From the sequence record NC_023610.1: DNA of 64,000 nt; one strand, 5' to 3'. The translations under genes and the position numbers were made by a program. How positions within the stretch are numbered: position 1 is the stretch's first letter; every line of letters begins with the position of its first letter. This document shows, one piece after another, positions 44,934 through 52,760 of this stretch. Below the pieces are notes generated by a model. It saw nothing but the letters and a program-made list of their open reading frames with translations. It had not been told where the DNA came from and searched no databases.

Positions 44934-45713
44934 TTATACGTCGTCTGCATTTTCAGGGAATGCGCGCGTGTCACCCCACATGATTCTTACGCCACCCACA
45001 CCTGCCCCGGCATACGCACGGGCGTTGTCACTCGAACGACGAGCCACTCCTGCGGATACACCACACCGAGTACCTTTGACCAATGTCCCATACAGCTGTG
45101 AGCCTATCCCGTTGTTCCCGCCACTGATGTTCACGCCGTTGACGGTGTTACTGGTCATGGTACCAGCCTTACCCGCGGTCGTGTCGGTCGGAGTTGCCCC
45201 TGCTGTAGTACCACCGCCGTCTCCGTAGTACCCGCCCGTACCGGACCCCGGCGCACCTTGGGTACTACTGGTTGCAATCCTTACACCACCATCCCCGCCA
45301 CCGGCTCCCAGAGAGTTGGCCACCATTGCATCTTTGGTTGCCCGCCCGCCAGACGCTTTCAAAAGCACGGTGGAACCGCGGAGGATACTGGTGTCCTTAC
45401 CGTCTACCCAACCAATCCCACCGGTTGTATACCCAAGGTTACTGGTTCCCGCCCCGACAATGATGGTCAGTGTTTCACCGGGGGTAACTGAAATCGCATT
45501 GTTGTAACGCAGGGAGCCACCGACCCCACCAACGGTCGTGGTCACGCCGTCAAAGGTTCCGTACGCTCCATGCGCCCCTGCACCAATAGCCACTGCGCTG
45601 ATACTCTTTACGCCGTCGGGTACAACCCAGTTAAAGGTTCCGGCGGCAACCCACATCGCCTGGCTAGGAAGAACCTCGACTTTCTTCTTCCCACCCATCA
45701 CCATTTCTAACAT
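44934..45713 (-). CDS. Glycine-rich virion/tail-tip protein
   Basis: MLEMVMGGKKK start; GTFNWVVPDGVKSISAVAIGAG, VTPGETLTIIVG and GGVRIMW glycine-rich-domain motifs. Confidence 0.7.
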   Translation of the reverse strand: MLEMVMGGKKKVEVLPSQAMWVAAGTFNWVVPDGVKSISAVAIGAGAHGAYGTFDGVTTTVGGVGGSLRYNNAISVTPGETLTIIVGAGTSNLGYTTGGIGWVDGKDTSILRGSTVLLKASGGRATKDAMVANSLGAGGGDGGVRIATSSTQGAPGSGTGGYYGDGGGTTAGATPTDTTAGKAGTMTSNTVNGVNISGGNNGIGSQLYGTLVKGTRCGVSAGVARRSSDNARAYAGAGVGGVRIMWGDTRAFPENADDV

Positions 45714-45775
45714 ACGCGCCTCGAAGCATAAAAGAATGACAGCGCTACCCGAAGGTAACGCCGCCATTGTTAGCG

Positions 45776-46345
45776 TTAGACTTTTCGTCGCGTGGCCAGG
45801 AAGTCAAAGAAGGCCCCAACAAATCCACCACCTGCCTGGCTGTCACCTAACACCACCGACATCAGGTCACGGCGCTCTTTGTTGATTAAGCCCATGAACA
45901 ACCAACCAATCCCCATCACAGGGCCAACCACCACCAGAACCAGGAACCAGTCCGGGAACTCTTTGCGGTCGATGGACACCCAACAGATAGTGGCCGCGAA
46001 CATCAGCGCCATGAGGGCGAGAACCACACACATGGTCACACCAATCACGGCCCGGACTTTCGCTTCCCGTTGGTATTCAGGGGACACGGTTAACGGCGGC
46101 ACCGCGTTGGGTGTTTTCTCCACCGTTTTATCATCTACGTCCAGACTCATGAATTCCTCCTGGTGCTCTGGGGTCAAAAGAGCGACAGAATCAATCACGT
46201 GTTGCAACATTAAGCAGTCGCTACACGCGACGGCAAGCTCTTCGTATCCCTGGAGGGTTTCTACTAAGCTCTTGCCGTTACTGAGCTGAATCCCCGAGAC
46301 GCCCAGCGTCGTCGGTTTCACTTGTAACAGCTCGCTTACTTTCAT
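45776..46345 (-). CDS. Two-TM membrane protein (holin candidate)
   Basis: Two hydrophobic segments near the C-terminus; basic tail RRKV. Confidence 0.55.
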   Translation of the reverse strand: MKVSELLQVKPTTLGVSGIQLSNGKSLVETLQGYEELAVACSDCLMLQHVIDSVALLTPEHQEEFMSLDVDDKTVEKTPNAVPPLTVSPEYQREAKVRAVIGVTMCVVLALMALMFAATICWVSIDRKEFPDWFLVLVVVGPVMGIGWLFMGLINKERRDLMSVVLGDSQAGGGFVGAFFDFLATRRKV

Positions 46346-47027
46346 TTTCGTTCAGCCTCGCTTGCACCTTGCTAATCGCTTCCATTGCTTTAGCAAAGAC
46401 TGTGCTCATCGGTTGACGTGCATCCAATGTCACAGCATTAGGAGCGTTAGCAGCAAGATTTTGGTAGACTAAGCGAGCGGATTCGTAGCGGGTATCGAGC
46501 TTGGCTTCGATGTCACACGGTTCATCCCGTCGCGGTACGCCGGGGAACAATTCTTCCCAGTGTGCATCTTCCTGCGCTTTACGCCGAGCCAGGGACGTTT
46601 TGTGGTCCAGGTCCAGATAAATAATCAGGTCCGGCTCCAGGTCATTCCCTAACAGCACGTGGAGCTGTTGTGCGAGCTCGTACGTCTCTGGGTCTGTGTA
46701 GGCCAAGGTTGACCAGAAGAAACGGTCACAGAGCACTACAGAGCCTTTGGCGAGGTGTGGGCGAATAACGTGCTCCAGGTGTTGACTGCGACTGGCGTTC
46801 AGGAGACAGAGGCGAGTCTGTTCCGTCATCGGTTCATTGTACTTAGACTGCCCGTACTTGACCAGGTCACGGAACTGTTCCGCTAACGGCGTACCGCCGG
46901 GCTCACGAGCCAGAATGACATCGTAGCCCTGGTCTTGTAAAGCAACACTAATCAGATTGCGCAACGTTGTTTTTCCTGCACCATCAAGACCTTCAATGTC
47001 CAGGAAGAAAGGAATCAATTTATCCAC
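46278..47027 (-). CDS. tmk: Thymidylate (dTMP) kinase
   Basis: IEGLDGAGKTT, REPGGT, VLCDRFFWSTLAY and PDLIIYLD motifs. Confidence 0.95.
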   Translation of the reverse strand: MDKLIPFFLDIEGLDGAGKTTLRNLISVALQDQGYDVILAREPGGTPLAEQFRDLVKYGQSKYNEPMTEQTRLCLLNASRSQHLEHVIRPHLAKGSVVLCDRFFWSTLAYTDPETYELAQQLHVLLGNDLEPDLIIYLDLDHKTSLARRKAQEDAHWEELFPGVPRRDEPCDIEAKLDTRYESARLVYQNLAANAPNAVTLDARQPMSTVFAKAMEAISKVQARLNENESKRAVTSETDDAGRLGDSAQ

Positions 47028-47030
47028 GGG

Positions 47031-47591
47031 TTACTCCGGTTGGTTTTCTTCTATCCAGCGCTTGAGTCCCCACCACCCGATGGCAACGGAGTCAACGCTG
47101 TGTTCGTCTAACAAGTCCACTTCTACCTCAAAGGCGAAGTCCTTGTTCTTCAAGAGGGCATCCCGTACCGCATCTTTACCGCCGCCGCGTCCCGGTGCAC
47201 CGACAGCAATCTTCGCCGTCGGCGGGTCCACTAACCACAAACGGGTCTCTTCATTCCAGGCGTACACGGCGTTCTGAATACAGACCACCCCTTCGACCAG
47301 TGAACGAAACGCCGCAGGGAAGCGCCCCAGGTACGCATCTTCACAACAGACGATGTGGGGATTCAGTTCGGTCAATTGGCGCGTGATGAACTCACCGCAC
47401 AACCGCAACCTTTTCCCACGCACGCCAAAGATATCAAACCGGGGATTCGACTTCATCACCGATTCCGCATGGAAGGTACGGGCAAACTTTAACCGGGGGT
47501 CGTTGGTTTCGATGTTGTGCTCAAAGTACGAGAACCCCAGTGACTGGCTACCGGGGTCAATCCCGACAACACGTAAAATATTCCCGTCCAC
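47031..47591 (-). CDS. ruvC: RuvC-like Holliday junction resolvase
   Basis: VGIDPGS, VCCEDAY, PPTAKIAVG and DEHSVDSVAIG motifs; GTG start after AGGAGG. Confidence 0.85.
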   Translation of the reverse strand: MDGNILRVVGIDPGSQSLGFSYFEHNIETNDPRLKFARTFHAESVMKSNPRFDIFGVRGKRLRLCGEFITRQLTELNPHIVCCEDAYLGRFPAAFRSLVEGVVCIQNAVYAWNEETRLWLVDPPTAKIAVGAPGRGGGKDAVRDALLKNKDFAFEVEVDLLDEHSVDSVAIGWWGLKRWIEENQPE

Positions 47592-47605
47592 GGGCAACCT
47601 CCTGA

Positions 47606-47645
47606 ACAAAAAATAAAAGCGGGGGACTGTCCCCCCGTCTTTTTA
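47606..47645 (-). terminator. Intrinsic terminator
   Basis: GACGGGGGAC-A-GTCCCCCGCT hairpin followed by a T-run. Confidence 0.6.
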
Positions 47646-47993
47646 GTAGAACGGTTTACATACCGCAATGAAAAGGATGTCTTTTACCTTTTCGGTTTCA
47701 GGCAGCTGGTCGTACGGCACGAGGTTAGGGTGTTTCTTCCCTTCTCTGTCGTAGTCACCGTGCTCCCACCCTTGTTCCATCATCCAGGTCGACCACTGTT
47801 TGTGGGCATCCGCTGGACTGGAGAGTTTGGAATCAATGGCGTTGGCTACCGCGTGGATGTAATGCTCTTTATCGTCCTGTGACAGGGTGTTCCATTCCGG
47901 GCGGGTTTCGTTACCGACTTCTTTGGTCCAGACGTTGTTCACGGCATGGGCCTGCTCAGCAATTTTTGCCAAGATTTGAATTGGTGGCTTCAT
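47643..47993 (-). CDS. Stand-alone RyR-domain protein
   Basis: WNTLSQDDK...H..W......GWEHG.YD...K.HPNLVPYDQLPETEKVKD matches the RyR repeat. Confidence 0.85.
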   Translation of the reverse strand: MKPPIQILAKIAEQAHAVNNVWTKEVGNETRPEWNTLSQDDKEHYIHAVANAIDSKLSSPADAHKQWSTWMMEQGWEHGDYDREGKKHPNLVPYDQLPETEKVKDILFIAVCKPFY

Positions 47994-48592
47994 TCGGGTT
48001 GCTCATCGTCTGGGAGGCTGGGGTAACGGTAGCCAGCGAGCGTAGGGTAGATAATCGCTTCACTGAGGTCGTTGTTCGGCGGCGTAAAGCCATCGAGGTC
48101 GGTGGTCTTAATCGCTGTGTTCAGGTGCGGAACGCCGTCCCAGAGACCGATGTCAAGAATCCCGTGCCAACCGAGCGAGTCATCGGCGAATATCGCCGTG
48201 AGGTTCCCTCTTCCATCAATAAGATGGACGGTTTGCGTAAAAAGCGAGGAGTCTTCAAAGTCGGTAGCCAGGTACTGCGGTAACCCGTATTGGATACAGA
48301 AACGCTTGAGGACGGCCGCAACCGTTTCCCCTTCACGAACCTGCACCATGGGAGTAATCCCTTTGAACAAAAGCGAGAATTCCACCCGGTGGTATTCGAA
48401 ATCGCGGTAGCTGAAGAACCGGTTGGTCAAGTCACGGACCCAGATGGTGTTGTTGTCCGTCTGGGAATCGTAAGACTTGTACTCGATAGACAACTCAGAG
48501 GGAGCCCAGTTAGGTCCCTCAGGATTTGCCGCCTTAATCAACCGGACCAGCTCGTCACGAATAACCCCCGTTTGCGTCAGGTTATCCATCAC
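47990..48592 (-). CDS. Virion structural protein with two C-terminal L..AI....L.GF..P motifs
   Basis: HLNTAIKTTDLDGFTPP and DLSEAIIYPTLAGYRYP. Confidence 0.7.
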   Translation of the reverse strand: MMDNLTQTGVIRDELVRLIKAANPEGPNWAPSELSIEYKSYDSQTDNNTIWVRDLTNRFFSYRDFEYHRVEFSLLFKGITPMVQVREGETVAAVLKRFCIQYGLPQYLATDFEDSSLFTQTVHLIDGRGNLTAIFADDSLGWHGILDIGLWDGVPHLNTAIKTTDLDGFTPPNNDLSEAIIYPTLAGYRYPSLPDDEQPE

Positions 48593-48601
48593 GCCCCCTT
48601 A

Positions 48602-49531
48602 TTAGCTGACGGTGATGTTAGAGAGCAGGGAAGAACGTGCCATCGCTAACAGGTCGTTGTTGGCTCCAGCAGACAGCGCAGAACCCGTCAACATCGGTTC
48701 GGTCGCACCGACTTCCATGTTGATGTTGAAGCCTTCGTTGTCGATGGACAGCTGTTTGTAGGTGGTCACGTGCGTAATCACCTGGCAACCGATGACTTCT
48801 TTAAAGTTGATGGCAGCACCACCGGCCCCAACGCTTTGGATGTTACGGTCAACACCGGAGCAGAACGCCAGCTCAGAGATGATAGCGCGCTTCTCATTGT
48901 TCCACAGCACCGCCGCCACGTTGAACAGTTCGTTCACGTCGAACAGGTCGAAGGCGATGGTCACTGGCATGGTAGTGGACAGGAAGTCGTTAGCCGTCGT
49001 CGTGGCTTCATCCGGTAACACCACCGGGCGCACCGGGTTCAGGTTCGCATTACTGAACACGTACTCTTCGGTGTTGCTCACGCCGTTGACTACCGTGGTG
49101 TGCATGACTTTGGCGGATGTACCGGAAAGGTCAATACGCTTCAGGTAATACGCAAAGTAGTTCTTGCCGTTGTGCTGCTCGCTGCGGCGCAGGCCGTAGT
49201 TCAGACGCAGGTCAGCCGACAGGTCGTTGGCTTCTTCGCGCAGCACAAACGGGATATGATTCCAGCACGCACAATCTTCGGGCGCATGTTTGTACAGGTC
49301 GATGATGGTATCGGTCCCGTCGACAATGCTCGAGGTGTGACCTTTGTTACCAATCGCGTAGTAACCAAAACGAGGATTTTCACCCTGGCCCAGAATCGCG
49401 TTCTGCTGAATCTGGAGCAATTCGTTGAGGGTCGTACCGGCCAACAGGGGTTGTTGTTTCCCAGCCAGCAAGTTATCTTGCAGCAAGCTGCCAATCGCCG
49501 TCCGGGTTACCGGACTAATCTTAACGGCCAT
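48602..49531 (-). CDS. Virion (baseplate) structural protein
   Basis: MAVKISP start with RBS GGAG; YYAIGNKGH, HIPFVLR, YFAYYLKR and ISELAFCSG motifs conserved in phiKZ-like baseplate genes. Confidence 0.7.
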   Translation of the reverse strand: MAVKISPVTRTAIGSLLQDNLLAGKQQPLLAGTTLNELLQIQQNAILGQGENPRFGYYAIGNKGHTSSIVDGTDTIIDLYKHAPEDCACWNHIPFVLREEANDLSADLRLNYGLRRSEQHNGKNYFAYYLKRIDLSGTSAKVMHTTVVNGVSNTEEYVFSNANLNPVRPVVLPDEATTTANDFLSTTMPVTIAFDLFDVNELFNVAAVLWNNEKRAIISELAFCSGVDRNIQSVGAGGAAINFKEVIGCQVITHVTTYKQLSIDNEGFNINMEVGATEPMLTGSALSAGANNDLLAMARSSLLSNITVS

Positions 49532-49609
49532 CAGAGTATTCTCCGGGTTGCTTATTAAAGGGTAGACACATAAGAAACCGGTGGGATGCTCTCCCACCGG
49601 CTCTTAGGG

Positions 49610-50458
49610 CTATGACGGCAAGTTGTAATGCAACACCAGATACCCGGCAACGTTGTCGCACATGTTCTCGTCAAGACTGATAACTACACAGTGCGTGTAC
49701 CAGGTACTGTTCGCTGGAACCGGGGCTCCGCTAATCAGACCGTTCCACGTTACCAGTGAACCACGCAGGTTCCAGTCCTGTGGTGTTACCTCATTAACCC
49801 ATGGCGTTTCCACCTTGCGGTTAAAGGAGTCCAGCGTTTCCCCGATGATTTCCTGTCCTTGTGGGAACAAGGCTTGCAGTTCATCGTAGGCGTACGAGAA
49901 GTCGAACCCGTACAGGAACAACGGACCTTGAATCTTCACCGTCTGCATGGTTGGGTAGTTAATCCCGGCCAACTGATGGTTTGTCATCACGGTTTCCAAC
50001 TGGAGCTTACGGCGACCGATATGTACGGTGAGCTTCCCGGTAAACGCCGGGTTGTTCTCACGCACCACGAGGTCAACGGCGTATGGCACCAGCTGCGGAT
50101 TCAGGTAACCGTCGTAGATGTCAGCGGCCGTTAACTGGAACCCAAAGCGTGCATTGATGTCCGATAACAGTTCAGACTTCTGGGTTTGTCCTTGCGGTGC
50201 CACCCAGACCTCAACGTCGGCAAAGATGACCCCGATGTCAGGACGGTTGTGGGTCAGTTCCCAGGTACCTTCGCGCCCGTACTCCGGAACACCAATCAGA
50301 GTGGACTTGGTATTCACTTCCGTATCGGAGGTAATGAACGGTGTGATATCAATCAGCTTCACTTCTTCAGCGGTGAAGTTAATGTTGGGGTTATCCAACT
50401 TCAACTGGCGGAAAAAGAGTTGCCACGTGGGTAGATTGTAGTAGCCATCGGCAGTCAT
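49610..50458 (-). CDS. Virion structural protein
   Basis: 282 aa; WELTHNRPDI; LETVMTNHQLAGINYP motif. Confidence 0.7.
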   Translation of the reverse strand: MTADGYYNLPTWQLFFRQLKLDNPNINFTAEEVKLIDITPFITSDTEVNTKSTLIGVPEYGREGTWELTHNRPDIGVIFADVEVWVAPQGQTQKSELLSDINARFGFQLTAADIYDGYLNPQLVPYAVDLVVRENNPAFTGKLTVHIGRRKLQLETVMTNHQLAGINYPTMQTVKIQGPLFLYGFDFSYAYDELQALFPQGQEIIGETLDSFNRKVETPWVNEVTPQDWNLRGSLVTWNGLISGAPVPANSTWYTHCVVISLDENMCDNVAGYLVLHYNLPS

Positions 50459-50475
50459 CGTTTGACTCCATTTAG

Positions 50476-52719
50476 TTAGTCGTCATCACCGGTGTCGGTG
50501 ACTTTAATTAGTTTGAGGCCAGTTAAACGGGTGTTGTCTACCACGAAGTTCGGCTCTTCGCCGGTAGCCGGGTAAACCTTTAACCCGTTTAGACGATGGC
50601 GGTCCATGACGTCCGGGATGGTTGGGTCGAGCACCAGATTAAACCGTACTCCCGGCATGTACATCCGGTGACGAGTTTCCGAGATAGGCGACACCTTAAT
50701 ACCGGTACCCCCACCAATCCGCACATTGAGGTGCGACTTCATCCCGATGTTGCTCAGCAGTGGACTGTTGGCAATGGGGAGTTCAATGCGCATCGACGTG
50801 TGCTCGTTGGTCTCTTCAAAGAACCGAACGGAGTTGTCAAGGTACAGGTGCTGCCAGCTTTCTTCGCTCTTCACATTGAAGCGCATCGCTAACCGGTCAG
50901 GAACCATGTACGGGCCGTCGTTGATTTCTTTCAGGAACTGGATACTGTACGAGGACAACTGACTGACAATCCCGAGCATCGCCGCTTGAATCTCTTTCAA
51001 GGACGCCACGTGTTTCAGACTCATCCCGGTAACCAGAGCAAACAACGTCTCCTCAATCGCCGCAAAGTCTGCGGTTTTGAAATTGGAGAAGTCCAGTTGG
51101 TTTTCTGCCAGCCACTGGTCGTACGTTTTGGTTGGGTCATCCACAATCGCCACACGGGTGTCGAAGTAGAACTGTTGCGTCAACCGTTCCAGGTAACCAC
51201 GACGAACCGGGTCTTCCTGCGTCGAGTACAACACCCGATGCGCTAACCGGTTTCCGTGAATCTGTACCATCGTCTTGTAGAACTCTTCCGTCGAGATAAT
51301 CTTCCCAACCGGGGTGTGTTCTGTTAACGCCAACATTACCATCGTCGGGGTCAAGACCGTCATGTCGGTATCAGCAACCAGCTCAGTGTACTTCGGAGCC
51401 ATCACCCGCATGACACCCTGACAGAGAACCGTTGGAATCACGTCCGTAGGCAGCTCGTACTCCTTCAACAGGAAGTAAGTCCACAACACCAACGCCTGCT
51501 TAGCCGTTAACGTGATAGACGTCTGCGTTAAGGGGTTCTCCAGCGCCACAGTGGCGATGTAGCGGTCTTGGGTAACCAACCACACCCATTCGTTGTAGAT
51601 GGTCTCTACGAGCTTCACAGGCGTGGAATCCGTGTTGTCAATCATCTCGGACTTCACGACCTTGGTCGGCAGCGTTGACACGTAGGTGGAGCTGGCACGG
51701 ACCGGGACATCAGACAGCTGAGCTTCCAGGTAATCACTGTTGTCACGCGCCATGGGGACCTGGGCACGGAGTACAGCCGCAATGGTGGTTTTCTCGACCC
51801 CGGTTGCAGACGCAGCCAAACTGTTCAGTGGAATCTTCGCCACTTCCATTTCCGGGAGAATCTCCGACGGAATGTTTGCCGCGTTCTGCCAAAGTTCGTA
51901 AGCCGCCAGCGGGATATTGCGTTCCGTCAGGATGTTGGTAATCAACTCCTTGAACGTTTCCGACTTCCCGGCGTTGTTCTCGTACCACGCAATGTTACGG
52001 TATAAATGTAACGCTTGCTTGGTGGTCAGGTAGTCCTTATAAAGGTGCAACCTGCCGTGGGAGCCGAGGTACGCCCAGATGTGGTAACTGTGCACGAAAC
52101 GGGTCCCGCAGTTGGCCAACCGGATGTTGAGAATTGCGGGGCCCATCTGCATGAACAACGTTATCCAGAAGGACGCCGGGTACATGCTTTGGTTGAAACC
52201 AATGCGCGACATCCACCACCGGGTCGCGAACCCCTTTACCCACTTCTGGAGTTCGAACATCAGGTTAGATTCTTGTGACTCCACCAAACTGGTGTCCCAG
52301 GCAAGGATGGAGAAGTCATCGGCTGCTACCGCCACATTGATATCCACCGGATTGATAATCCCGCGAATCAAATCTTTCTGGTCCGGGTAGCGCTCCATCA
52401 AGGCACGGTGGTAGTCGGAATCAATGCTGTAGGCCTTCGCCGTGGCGCGGTGTACCTGAAGGCTATCATATGTGAACGGGATTTCCTCCAGCGTATCGAG
52501 GGAGACGACAGTCATCACCTCGTCTATACCGTCAACGTATTGTCCCGCCAAATGTTTATAGTAGGGCTGTTGATTGAGCGGAAGTTCCGAAAAGTCAACA
52601 CCTTTGAGTTCTAAGTACGATTTGTTCTGCGCGTCGGAGTTGGCCGCGAACTTGAGCGTTATCGAACGCGCTAACTGGAGAACATTACTCCGATATAGCA
52701 CTTGAGTGGTGTCTGCCAT
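50476..52719 (-). CDS. Baseplate wedge-like virion protein (phiKZ gp128-like)
   Basis: MADTTQV start (RBS AGGAG); YYKHLAGQY, HSYHIWAYLGSHG and QLSSYSIQF motifs; divergent from the portal gene. Confidence 0.75.
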   Translation of the reverse strand: MADTTQVLYRSNVLQLARSITLKFAANSDAQNKSYLELKGVDFSELPLNQQPYYKHLAGQYVDGIDEVMTVVSLDTLEEIPFTYDSLQVHRATAKAYSIDSDYHRALMERYPDQKDLIRGIINPVDINVAVAADDFSILAWDTSLVESQESNLMFELQKWVKGFATRWWMSRIGFNQSMYPASFWITLFMQMGPAILNIRLANCGTRFVHSYHIWAYLGSHGRLHLYKDYLTTKQALHLYRNIAWYENNAGKSETFKELITNILTERNIPLAAYELWQNAANIPSEILPEMEVAKIPLNSLAASATGVEKTTIAAVLRAQVPMARDNSDYLEAQLSDVPVRASSTYVSTLPTKVVKSEMIDNTDSTPVKLVETIYNEWVWLVTQDRYIATVALENPLTQTSITLTAKQALVLWTYFLLKEYELPTDVIPTVLCQGVMRVMAPKYTELVADTDMTVLTPTMVMLALTEHTPVGKIISTEEFYKTMVQIHGNRLAHRVLYSTQEDPVRRGYLERLTQQFYFDTRVAIVDDPTKTYDQWLAENQLDFSNFKTADFAAIEETLFALVTGMSLKHVASLKEIQAAMLGIVSQLSSYSIQFLKEINDGPYMVPDRLAMRFNVKSEESWQHLYLDNSVRFFEETNEHTSMRIELPIANSPLLSNIGMKSHLNVRIGGGTGIKVSPISETRHRMYMPGVRFNLVLDPTIPDVMDRHRLNGLKVYPATGEEPNFVVDNTRLTGLKLIKVTDTGDDD

Positions 52720-52760
52720 GGCCGACTCCTGAAAAGCGGTTAAAGAGAAAGAGGACCAGT

